Positions 10,363 through 19,201 of a DNA stretch of 25,258 nt are shown piece by piece (position 1 is the stretch's first letter; every line of letters starts with the position of its first letter). Made by a program: the position numbers and the translations under genes. Origin of the DNA: Candidatus Cloacimonadota bacterium (GTDB taxonomy: Bacteria > Muiribacteriota > UBA6191); assembly GCA_019454875.1 (NCBI GenBank), contig JACFNL010000052.1, positions 1-25,258 of the forward strand, given 5' to 3'. The notes beneath the pieces are model-generated. The model searched no databases. It was not told where the DNA came from and worked only from the letters and a program-made list of their open reading frames with translations.

Positions 10363-11475
10363 TTAACGGGCCGTCAGATTTCCTCTTAGCTCCTGATCTC
10401 TTTCTATGGATTCAAACAGGGCCTGAAAGTTACCTTGTCCAAAACCTTCCGCACCTTCACATCTTTGAATAATTTCAAAAAAGAAGGTTGGTCTGTCACC
10501 AATGGGTTTTGTGAACAGCTGTAGGAGATAACCCTTACCTTCTGTGTCACACAGGATTCCGTGTTCCTCAAGTTTGCTGATATCCTCGCGGATAGGGTAA
10601 TTCTTTTTTCTCAGATCCTCGTAGTAGGTTTTAGGAACTCCCAAAAACTCGACCCCATTTTTTCTTAAGGCGGCAATGGATGAGATAATATCGTTGGTGG
10701 AAATAGCGATATGCTGAATTCCTGAACCATGATAGTGCTCAAGATATTCTTCAATCTGGGATTTCTTCAGGCCCTCATACGGTTCGTTGATAGGATTTTT
10801 GATGACTTCATCCTTGGTTCTAACGACCTTGGATAAAAGGGCTGAAAACTGGGTAGAGATGTCTCCCGGGCCAAAATCAATAAAGGTTTCAAAGTCCATG
10901 GCCTTATTAAAATAGTCAGCCCAGCGATTCATCTCATTTTCACGCACATTCCCAACGATATGATCAATTGCAATCAGGCCTGTGTCTTCTTTAGTGGTCA
11001 CCAGATTTTGATTAGGTTTTCCAAAGCCAGGGCGGAAAATTCCACGGTAATTGTCACGATTAAAAAACACGATTTCACTGTCATCATAAAGGCGGATTGC
11101 GGCTTCCTGAACAAAACCATCCTGATCTTCATACCGCCTTGGAGTCAGAACGGGAATAGCTGTTTGTTTCACGGCTTTTGAAAAGGCATGTTCCACGGAG
11201 TCTACCTCTACCGCCCAGCGTTTTACCCCATCACCGTGCAGGTTCAGAAACATCTGAATTTCACTGGAGGAGGGTTGAAGAGGTCCAGTTACCAGTATTT
11301 TGAGATTGTTTTTTTCCAATAAAAAGGAGATTTTGTCCCTGATACCAGTCTCTGGCCCACAGTAGGCTGTACACTCAAGACCTAAAGCCTTGGCAAACCA
11401 GTAGGCAGTCATTTTTGCTGAACCTACATAAAACTCTACAAAGTGATATCCGCGAATTCCCATACTGTTAGCCAT
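10363..11475 (-). CDS. hppD: 4-hydroxyphenylpyruvate dioxygenase
   Basis: Two vicinal-oxygen-chelate modules. GYHFVEFYVGSAKMTAYWF at the N-terminus. HYHGSGIQHIAISTNDI and FFFEIIQRCEGAEGFGQGNFQALFESIE are characteristic of HPPD. Confidence 0.85.
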   Translation of the reverse strand: MANSMGIRGYHFVEFYVGSAKMTAYWFAKALGLECTAYCGPETGIRDKISFLLEKNNLKILVTGPLQPSSSEIQMFLNLHGDGVKRWAVEVDSVEHAFSKAVKQTAIPVLTPRRYEDQDGFVQEAAIRLYDDSEIVFFNRDNYRGIFRPGFGKPNQNLVTTKEDTGLIAIDHIVGNVRENEMNRWADYFNKAMDFETFIDFGPGDISTQFSALLSKVVRTKDEVIKNPINEPYEGLKKSQIEEYLEHYHGSGIQHIAISTNDIISSIAALRKNGVEFLGVPKTYYEDLRKKNYPIREDISKLEEHGILCDTEGKGYLLQLFTKPIGDRPTFFFEIIQRCEGAEGFGQGNFQALFESIERDQELRGNLTAR

Positions 11476-11486
11476 AAAAATCCCCT

Positions 11487-12638
11487 CTACTTTTTGGCGA
11501 TCCAGGATCGTTCATAAGTGCATTCTTCAATTTCCAGGGCCCTGCTGGACAATAGAAGAGGTTCAAAAGTATCAATCATTACTGCGAGTTCCTCGGTGCT
11601 GTGCTGACCCACACTAGCCTCTGTTTTTCCGGGTTGAGGTCCATGAGGGATGCCAGCCGGATGCAGGCTGATGCTTCCCGGTTCAATGCCGGATCGACTC
11701 ATAAAATTGCCTTCAATGTAAAAAATCACCTCATCACTGTCAATATTGGAATGATAATAAGGAGCAGGGATGGCTTCGGGGTGAAAGTCAAACAGCCGGG
11801 GTACAAAGTTACAGACCACAAAATGAGCCGATTCAAAAATCTGATGAATTGGTGGGGGAAGGTGCAGCCGACCAACAATAGGTTCAAAATCATGAATGCT
11901 TATAGCAAAGGGGTAATAACATCCGTCCCATCCCACAGTATCAAAGGGATGGTGATTCATCACCTGCTCAAAATAGCGGTTGTGACGACGGATCGTAACT
12001 TTGGTTTCCTCACAGGAATCAATGGTTTCCAAAACGGTAGGCAGTTTCAGATCTCTTTCACAAATGGGACTGTGTTCCAGAAACTGGCCTTGACGATTCA
12101 GATAACGGTTAGGAAAACGAATGGGTTGCAGGGACTGGGTCAACAAAAAGCGATCCCCTTGGGAATACTGAAACTGATAGGTCAGTCCCTTGGGTATGAC
12201 AACATAATCTCCCCCACAAATCTGAACATTGCCAAACTCGGAGCGAAGCCAGCCCTGACCTGTTTCCAGATACCATAGTTCATGGTGGGATGCGTTTCTA
12301 AACAATGTATCGGGCACACCAAAACCTACGGAAATCTCTACCTGCTGGTTAAACATCAGTGGGATTCTTGAGGTTAACCAGTCCTCGTTGCGACCCAATT
12401 CGGCTGTTTTGAGATGCCTGTAGGTCAGGGAATCCGACTTGTCCGAAACCACGGGAAGGGGTTGGGGCAGGTCATGAATTGCCAGGGTAGCTGAAGGCAG
12501 ATCCAGCTTGTAGGCCAGACTCTGGATTCCACTGAATCCTTCCAGACCAAACAGGTGTTCTCTATGTAATGTCCCGTCCTGTTTTAAAAAGGTCACATGC
12601 CGTTTCTTAGGAAGTTTACCAAGACTGTGGTAGTGCAT
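11487..12638 (-). CDS. hmgA: Homogentisate 1,2-dioxygenase
   Basis: [24 protein letters not shown] matches HGD [30 protein letters not shown] and [12 protein letters not shown] match HGD PPYYHRN and HSTMTPHGPD. 11 bp upstream of hppD on the same strand. Confidence 0.75.
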   Translation of the reverse strand: [383 protein letters not shown]

Positions 12639-12639
12639 A

Positions 12640-13044
12640 TCAGCTCACTGAAAGAACAACCGCTTTTAAAACATCCATAGCTGTAATCAGACCTGTAATC
12701 TGAGTGTCCTTAACAATGACCACTCTGTGAATATGGTTGTCAACCATGATTCTTGACAATTCCGAGAGGTTGGCCGTCTCAGGCAGGGTCACAGTATTTT
12801 TTACCATCAGATCTTTGACTAACAAATCATCAACCATCCAGTGCTCACGGATAATCTTGCTGGCCAACAAACCATCAAGCTGAAAGAAGTCTGTCTGGGT
12901 GATAATTCCTACAAGGTCCCCGTCGGAGCTAGTTACGGGCAAGGCTGTAATATCCTCCTCGACCATAATCTGTCTTGCTTCCCGCAACGGTTTATTCTCA
13001 TCGATTGTCAAAACATTTCTGGACATGATGTCACTTGCACGCAT
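12640..13044 (-). CDS. CBS domain pair protein
   Basis: Two CBS-like modules (DIMSRNVLTIDENKPLREARQIMVEEDITALPV...GDLVGIITQTD and DLMVKNTVTL...ELSRIMVDNHIHRVVIV...ITGLITAMDV). Confidence 0.7.
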   Translation of the reverse strand: MRASDIMSRNVLTIDENKPLREARQIMVEEDITALPVTSSDGDLVGIITQTDFFQLDGLLASKIIREHWMVDDLLVKDLMVKNTVTLPETANLSELSRIMVDNHIHRVVIVKDTQITGLITAMDVLKAVVLSVS

Positions 13045-14284
13045 ACGCTTCGTCTCCTTTATTTGGCTCCATATTACTAAATGGAGTATTTGAAATGCAA
13101 ATTAGAGATCGGACACTTCTCAAATTGGACTCTTCCGCCCCCAAATTTAGTTCCACAATAGCACTAAACTCTTGCCAATCCAATATAAGTCCCAAATCTC
13201 TGGCCAGATCCATCAGGGTTTTTTCTTCAGGATCTAAAAGTAAATTGATTTTGCCCCCAGGAATCAGAATCAGATAACCCTTTTCTTTTAAGAGGGAGAC
13301 CAGTTCTGAAAACTGATGGGTTGCTATGGGAATACAAAACCGGAGTTTTGCCGTATCCATAAGCTTTCCTTCACGGCCAGCGTCATGGATCAATGTAAGT
13401 ATTTTTATGGAGTAGGCCAGCTTTTCGGCGGGACTAAGGTTTGAATCCCAAAAGGAAAACAGGCGTTCTGCACTGCGGATTCGCCCCCATTCAGGCAAGG
13501 TGGCAGTGAGTACTGCACCAAACAGGGCTGCTAACCAGGACAAATAAACCCAGAACAGAAAAATTGGAACGCTGGCCAGGGCACCATAGATGGCCTGATA
13601 GGTAGGAAACTGGGTTATGTACCAGACAAATGCCCACTTAAGGAAACGAAACAGGACCGTAGTAACCACGGAACCTAAGAGGGCATGATGCCAGCGAACC
13701 ACGGTGTTGGGCAAAAATGCAAACAGCAGAAAAAATGCAATTAGCTCCAATATGGTACTCAGGCCGAACTTATAGAGGGTTTCTATCCAGGAAACCCCCG
13801 GAATCTGAAGCTTATGGGCCGTAGCAATCACTAATGAAGAAAAGGAGAGGGAGGCTCCGACTAAAAGGGGGCCAAGGGTTACAAATGCCCAGAACTTCAA
13901 CAGGTTAAAAACCAGGCTGTTTTTTTGCTGTGACTTGAAGATCTGATTAAAGGCCTCCTGAATGGTCCAGAGTAAAAGCAGGGTGGTTACGCTAAGAGTG
14001 ATCACTCCAATGCTGGTTAACTTTCCGGCATTTTTAGAAAACCCGGTGAAGTATTCATCTATGGCCGTTCCGGCAGTGGGCACAAAAACTTCAAAAATTA
14101 GGGCCCTTAACTGAGATTCCATGCCGGCAAAAGCAGGAAAAGCCCCAATCATGGCAAAAGCAATTACAAGCAGGGGAGCTAGGGATAAAATGGTTGTATA
14201 ACTCAGCCCTGCCGCTATCCTGGGACAGCCATCTGCCATAAATCTTCTTCCTACAAGGATGAGAAACGCCATTACCCTTTTCAT
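13031..14284 (-). CDS. yihY: YihY/BrkB (virulence factor BrkB / former RNase BN) family inner-membrane protein with an extra C-terminal domain of about 130 aa
   Basis: N-terminus RFMADGCPRIAAGLSYTTILSLAPLLVIAFA is the family signature, followed by about six TM segments. 417 aa is longer than the usual 290 or so. Confidence 0.7.
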   Translation of the reverse strand: MKRVMAFLILVGRRFMADGCPRIAAGLSYTTILSLAPLLVIAFAMIGAFPAFAGMESQLRALIFEVFVPTAGTAIDEYFTGFSKNAGKLTSIGVITLSVTTLLLLWTIQEAFNQIFKSQQKNSLVFNLLKFWAFVTLGPLLVGASLSFSSLVIATAHKLQIPGVSWIETLYKFGLSTILELIAFFLLFAFLPNTVVRWHHALLGSVVTTVLFRFLKWAFVWYITQFPTYQAIYGALASVPIFLFWVYLSWLAALFGAVLTATLPEWGRIRSAERLFSFWDSNLSPAEKLAYSIKILTLIHDAGREGKLMDTAKLRFCIPIATHQFSELVSLLKEKGYLILIPGGKINLLLDPEEKTLMDLARDLGLILDWQEFSAIVELNLGAEESNLRSVRSLICISNTPFSNMEPNKGDEAYACK

Positions 14285-14331
14285 GGCGCGATTATAGCAT
14301 CATCCGAAAAAATGAGATACAATCCGGTCCT

Positions 14332-15690
14332 ATGGACAGAACACCTACTATTAGTGCAGAACAAATCAAAACCTTGAATCGGCCTGGCCCCCGTTATACC
14401 TCTTATCCTACCGCCCCGGTATGGACAGAGGCTGTGGGTCCAGAAGAATTTGTTTCAACGGTTCAAAATGCGGATTCAAATCAGGATATTTCTCTTTATT
14501 TACATCTGCCTTTTTGCCCCAGGCATTGTCATTTCTGTGGGTGTAATGTGATTATTACCTCCAATCGTGAGGTGATTTCTGAATATGTCAGGATCCTAGG
14601 ACAGGAAATCGAAAGGATTTCTCGCTTATTCTCTTCACGCAAGGTCAGGCAACTGCAATGGGGTGGGGGTTCTCCAACTCACTTAAGTCCTGAGGAAATT
14701 GTTTGGCTTTCTGACAAAATCCGTTCCAGTTTTTCCTTTGCCAAGGATTTTGAATCAGGTATTGAAATCAACCCTCAATACACTACAGAAGAATTGCTAA
14801 ATGCCATTTCCAAGGCAGGCTTTAATCGAATTTCCATGGGTATTCAGGACTTTGATCCCAAGGTTCAGAAAGTGATTAACCGTATTCAGCCGTATGAGCA
14901 GGTTCAGTCTGTCATGCAGATGGTCAGGGAGCGATTTTCTGGTCGCAGCGTCAATTTTGATTTGATTTATGGTCTGCCTTACCAGACCAGAGAAAGTTTT
15001 CAACGCACTTTATCTCAGGTGCTTGAACTTTCCCCGGATAGAATGGCTCTTTACAGTTATGCCCATGTCCCCTGGTTAAAACCATTAATGAAACTTTTTC
15101 CTGAGGGCAGTCTTGCCGATCAGGTGGAAAAGATGGGGATTTTTACAGATTCAGTAAATACCATGTTGTCTCATGGTTATCAGTTTATTGGCCTGGATCA
15201 CTTTGCTAGACGGGAAGATCCCTTATCCAAAGCATTTGATGATAGGAGCCTGCACAGAAACTTTATGGGGTATACAACCATGAAGGGGCTTGATCTGATC
15301 GGAATGGGAATGACTTCCATATCGCAGGTTGATTCGAGCTTTTTCCAGAATCACAAAAAGCTGTCTACCTGGAGAGATGCGGTTCAAGCTTCAAAATTAC
15401 CCATACACAAGGGCCATATCTGTAGCCCGGAAGATAAGTACAGGCAAAAGGTAATTGATCAGATTTTGTGCCAGTTATCTTATCAGGAAGATGGATTTTC
15501 CCATAAATTTGCACTTGAGTATGAGGAGCTTGTGCCCCTAAGAGATCAGGGGCTGATTGAGCTGGATGAAACTGGACTCAGGGTAACTGATTTAGGCCGA
15601 TTTTTTATGCGCAATATCTGCTTGCCCTTTGATACCTACTACAGAGAGCAAAAAAAGTCTGAGAAACCCATGTTTTCCCAGACTGTTTAA
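14332..15690 (+). CDS. hemN: Oxygen-independent coproporphyrinogen III oxidase (radical SAM)
   Basis: RYTSYPTAP N-terminal motif, LYLHLPFCPRHCHFCGCN radical-SAM CxxxCxxC, roughly 450 aa with the HemN C-terminal domain. Confidence 0.85.
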   Translation: MDRTPTISAEQIKTLNRPGPRYTSYPTAPVWTEAVGPEEFVSTVQNADSNQDISLYLHLPFCPRHCHFCGCNVIITSNREVISEYVRILGQEIERISRLFSSRKVRQLQWGGGSPTHLSPEEIVWLSDKIRSSFSFAKDFESGIEINPQYTTEELLNAISKAGFNRISMGIQDFDPKVQKVINRIQPYEQVQSVMQMVRERFSGRSVNFDLIYGLPYQTRESFQRTLSQVLELSPDRMALYSYAHVPWLKPLMKLFPEGSLADQVEKMGIFTDSVNTMLSHGYQFIGLDHFARREDPLSKAFDDRSLHRNFMGYTTMKGLDLIGMGMTSISQVDSSFFQNHKKLSTWRDAVQASKLPIHKGHICSPEDKYRQKVIDQILCQLSYQEDGFSHKFALEYEELVPLRDQGLIELDETGLRVTDLGRFFMRNICLPFDTYYREQKKSEKPMFSQTV

Positions 15691-15833
15691 TCTGGGTGAC
15701 TAGGCTGGAACCTCCTCGGATTCTTCCTGTTCCACCAATTCGTTAATCTTTAAAAGAGATAGTGCTGCTGGGGTTTCGTGGGTGTCTTTGACCTCGGTAG
15801 TCTCCGATGAGTTCTTGATTTTTACTGTCTGAT

Positions 15834-17690
15834 TCATTGATTTCCTCCGCTGAAATCGATAAGGATTTCACAGCCATCTGCTGAAGGGGTAATACTAAAG
15901 GCAGAATCGTCTGGACAAACAGACTGCAAAAGTCGGCGAATCCCGATGTTTTCCGAAGCGGCAAAGCTTCTTACCTTTTTATAACCCATTGAGCGTGCGT
16001 ACTCTGTAAGGCGCTTAACCAGTTCTCTGGCCAGACCCTGTTTTCTATAGTTTTCTGCTACAACTACCGACATTTCACAAATGTCTTCACCCTTGTGGGC
16101 ATGATACCTGGCTACTCCAATAATTTTTGCACTGAAATCTCCTGGATCAAAAACTGCCAATGCCATGGTGTTTTTGTAATCAAGATTCACCATGTTCTGA
16201 GCTTTTTCCTGGGGCATACTTTTAATGCTTCCCAGATACCTGTTTTGTATTGTATGTAAATTGTGAGAATAAAAAAAGTCCTGGAGCAATCTTTCGTCGG
16301 CAGGTTTTAAGGGGCGGACTCTAAGAGTTTTATCCTGTACGGTAATCTGCGATTCCATCTGTTTGGGATAACTGAATTCCGGATTGAGTACCTGCTGGTT
16401 GAAGTACACATATTTTGTCTGTTTCACAAAATCCAGAAGTTCCTTTCTGAAGTCTGGGTGGGCTATGGAAATGAGTTCCACAGCTCTTTCACGAATGGAT
16501 TTTCCATGCAGATAGGCAACACCAAATTCTGTTACAATGTAGTGGGCATCACCTCGTGAAGTCACCACACCTGCCCCTGAAAACAGTTCAGGCACAATTC
16601 TTGAGATGGTACCATCCTTGGCTGTTGCTGGCAGGGCAATGATTGGTTTTCCACCTTTGGATCGGGCTGCTCCACGCATAAAATCTACCTGCCCCCCAAT
16701 ACCTGAATAGAACTTTTTTCCAATACTGTCAGCACAGATCTGACCAGTCAAATCAACCTGCAAGGCTGAGTTAATTGCAACCACTTTATCATTTTGAGAA
16801 ATAATAAAAGGGTCATTGGCATAGTCGGATGGGTAAAATTCCACCAGGGGATTTTCATGCACAAAATCATAGAGCCGTTTTGAACCTCTGACAAAGGAGG
16901 TCATGGTACGACCCTTCAGAATTTTTTTTGTCTGATTGGTGATTACCCCAGATTCAATCAAGGGGATCAGCCCATCAGAGAACATTTCTGTGTGCACTCC
17001 CAGATTTCGTTTATGGGAGATACTTTTTAAGACAGCATCGGGAATGGCCCCAATCCCCATCTGTAAAACGGACCCGTCCTCAATCAATTCGGCGATATTC
17101 TCACCTATCCTTGAGTTGACTTCATCAATGGCACCAGGGTCCAGTTCAGGAATGGGATAATCCGCATGCACCACCATGTCAAGACGGGAATAAGGTACAA
17201 ATGATTGACCAAAGGTTCTTGGCATCTGAGGATTTATAACAGCTATAATTCTTTTGGCACTGTCTACAGAAGCTCTTACAATATCAACGCTTACACCAAG
17301 GCTGCACATCCCATGTTTATCGGGAGGGGTTACACTGATTAAAGCCGTGTCGAGATCAAAACTTGGAGAACGGATTAGGCCCGGGATCTCTGATAAAAAG
17401 ATGGGGATATAGTCGGCAATACCTTCCTGAACCGATTTACGGACATTTTCCCCAATAAAAAAGTTTGTGGACCGCAGGTTGTCCTTGAGTTCCTCACAAA
17501 CATAATCAGCCTTGCCCAGGGTAAAAATATTGAACACCTGATTGTCACGAAAGTGGCTTCCATGCTCGTACAGGGCCTTTACCAATGGCAATGGTACAGA
17601 AGAACCCGAACCCAAAAAAATCCGCTTGCCGGGCTGAATTGAGAGCACAGCCTCCGAGGCACTTACAACAACAGGCATAATCACATCCAC
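15834..17690 (-). CDS. Acetyl-CoA hydrolase/transferase (Cat1/ScpC-like) domain fused to a C-terminal GNAT N-acetyltransferase domain
   Basis: The N-terminal 440 or so aa look like the CoA-transferase family (GSGSSVPLPL... GIGAIPDAV... SGIGGQVDFMRGA). The C-terminal 160 or so aa carry the GNAT motif MSVVVAENYRKQGLARELVKRL. Start is GTG 17690 or ATG 17678. Confidence 0.7.
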   Translation of the reverse strand: MDVIMPVVVSASEAVLSIQPGKRIFLGSGSSVPLPLVKALYEHGSHFRDNQVFNIFTLGKADYVCEELKDNLRSTNFFIGENVRKSVQEGIADYIPIFLSEIPGLIRSPSFDLDTALISVTPPDKHGMCSLGVSVDIVRASVDSAKRIIAVINPQMPRTFGQSFVPYSRLDMVVHADYPIPELDPGAIDEVNSRIGENIAELIEDGSVLQMGIGAIPDAVLKSISHKRNLGVHTEMFSDGLIPLIESGVITNQTKKILKGRTMTSFVRGSKRLYDFVHENPLVEFYPSDYANDPFIISQNDKVVAINSALQVDLTGQICADSIGKKFYSGIGGQVDFMRGAARSKGGKPIIALPATAKDGTISRIVPELFSGAGVVTSRGDAHYIVTEFGVAYLHGKSIRERAVELISIAHPDFRKELLDFVKQTKYVYFNQQVLNPEFSYPKQMESQITVQDKTLRVRPLKPADERLLQDFFYSHNLHTIQNRYLGSIKSMPQEKAQNMVNLDYKNTMALAVFDPGDFSAKIIGVARYHAHKGEDICEMSVVVAENYRKQGLARELVKRLTEYARSMGYKKVRSFAASENIGIRRLLQSVCPDDSAFSITPSADGCEILIDFSGGNQ

Positions 17691-17744
17691 GAGCTAGTCC
17701 GTTAGTACTATATAGGATGGGATTATACCTGTTTTGTCAAGAAA

Positions 17745-18245
17745 CTACCAAAGCCATACCGCAAATCGTTCATCTGCTCCATTATTGAGCAGATAATTGA
17801 CCATTCTAGGATGCTGATTTTCCAGAGCCAGACTTAATGGTGTATTGCCAAAACAATCCATCTGATTAGGGCTGATCCCCGTATCCAAAAGCATTTTGAC
17901 AAGAGAAAGATTCCCATCCTGAGCAGCAGCAAACATAGCTGAGGCCTGATACAGATCCGTAAAACTGATTTGTTTCTGCAATGGAGCTAAAACATCATGC
18001 ACACCATCTGTAAAACAGCCAAGTCTGTTAAAGTGAGCAAAATTCTGTATGTGCCGTGGCAGGTAGACATTGTCTATAGGAATCAGGACATAACTATCCT
18101 GTACAGTATAGAGTGTCACTGATTGAAAATTAGTGTTAGCAGGGCAGGAACTGTTCATTTTACAAACAGTTGATTCCATGATTAACATGGTGCCCATTAA
18201 AAGGTTTAGGAAAAATAGCACCGCAACAAGCGCCTTGTGTGTCAT
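17745..18245 (-). CDS. Secreted ankyrin-repeat protein
   Basis: Signal-peptide-like N-terminus MTHKALVAVLFFLNLLMGTMLIM. The C-terminus carries two ankyrin repeats (AMFAAAQDGNLSLVKMLLDTGISPNQMDCFGNTPLSLALENQHPRMVNYLLNNGAD). Confidence 0.6.
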   Translation of the reverse strand: MTHKALVAVLFFLNLLMGTMLIMESTVCKMNSSCPANTNFQSVTLYTVQDSYVLIPIDNVYLPRHIQNFAHFNRLGCFTDGVHDVLAPLQKQISFTDLYQASAMFAAAQDGNLSLVKMLLDTGISPNQMDCFGNTPLSLALENQHPRMVNYLLNNGADERFAVWLW

Positions 18246-18271
18246 CTCATCCTCCCCAGTTTCTTATTATC

Positions 18272-19201
18272 CTAACATAATTTTTTTCTTAGCACATCTT
18301 CGAGCTTAATTAGATCTTTTGTGAAGTTGCGAATTCCTTCTGCAAGTTTTTCGGTTGCCATCGCATCTTCGTTTAATGACCAGCGGAAAATCTTCTCGTC
18401 CATGGGTATTTTTTCAATACTCATGCCCTGGGCTTTTTCCTCATCAAGCTTTTTGGCAAGAGTTGTATGGTTATCCTGAAGCTCCTGAAGCAGTTTTGGG
18501 GCGATGGTTAGATAATCACAGCCAGCCAGTTCCTGAATCTCGGAGATATTGCGAAAACTGGCACCCATCACAATGGTGGGAATATCAAATTTTCGGTAGT
18601 AGTTATAGATGGCTGTAACTGAAACTACCCCTGGGTCTTCAGAACCGCTGTAGTCCTGGCCAGTATTTTTTTTGTACCAGTCCAGAATTCTGCCAACAAA
18701 GGGGGAAATCAGGGTAATTCCTGAGTTAGCGCAGGCTACGGCCTGGGCCATTGAAAAAAGAAGGGTCAGATTGCAGTGAATCCCAACTTTTTCAAGGATT
18801 TCAGCAGCCTTGATACCTTCCCAGGTCGAGGCAATTTTTATCAGGATACGATTTCTGTCGATGCCTGCTGCCTCATACATGGAAATGAGTTTTCTGGCTT
18901 TTAAAACCGTCTTTTCTGTATCAAAGGACAAACGGGCATCTACTTCTGTTGAAACCCTGCCGGGCACAATCTTTAGAATCTCCAGCCCAAAATTCACACA
19001 GAGCCTGTCCATAACATCATCCAGAGTTTTTTCCTTTAGTGCGGAATCTACCAGATGCTGGTACTCAGGCATTTGAGCTGCCTGATATATAAGGGATGGG
19101 TTGGTTGTGGCATCGGTAGGCGTATACTTTTCTATGGAGGCAATGTCTCCTGTATCTGCGACTACAATTGTGTATTGTTTCAAGGCTTCGAGTTGATTCA
19201 T
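18272..19201 (-). CDS. tal: Transaldolase
   Basis: [28 protein letters not shown], the Schiff-base Lys region and overall length are typical of TalB-type transaldolases. Confidence 0.9.
   Translation of the reverse strand: MNQLEALKQYTIVVADTGDIASIEKYTPTDATTNPSLIYQAAQMPEYQHLVDSALKEKTLDDVMDRLCVNFGLEILKIVPGRVSTEVDARLSFDTEKTVLKARKLISMYEAAGIDRNRILIKIASTWEGIKAAEILEKVGIHCNLTLLFSMAQAVACANSGITLISPFVGRILDWYKKNTGQDYSGSEDPGVVSVTAIYNYYRKFDIPTIVMGASFRNISEIQELAGCDYLTIAPKLLQELQDNHTTLAKKLDEEKAQGMSIEKIPMDEKIFRWSLNEDAMATEKLAEGIRNFTKDLIKLEDVLRKKLC

Noticed and set aside
11601-12278. 225-aa ORF antisense to hmgA
   Set aside because: It lies wholly inside the well-supported homogentisate dioxygenase gene on the opposite strand. 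No conserved motifs. Likely a chance ORF.
14285-14331. Divergent promoter between yihY and hemN (tacaat at 14317-14322)
   Set aside because: The -10-like hexamer is only 9 nt from the hemN ATG, with no matching -35 at 16-18 bp and no SD. I could not support a specific promoter call.
15743-15964. 73-aa ORF in or overlapping the convergent hemN / CoA-transferase gap
   Set aside because: It overlaps the 3' end of the 15834..17690 gene out of frame. No recognisable features. The region is more likely a shared termination zone; only a weak GGAAC(N17)GTTCC stem at about 15708-15735 was seen.
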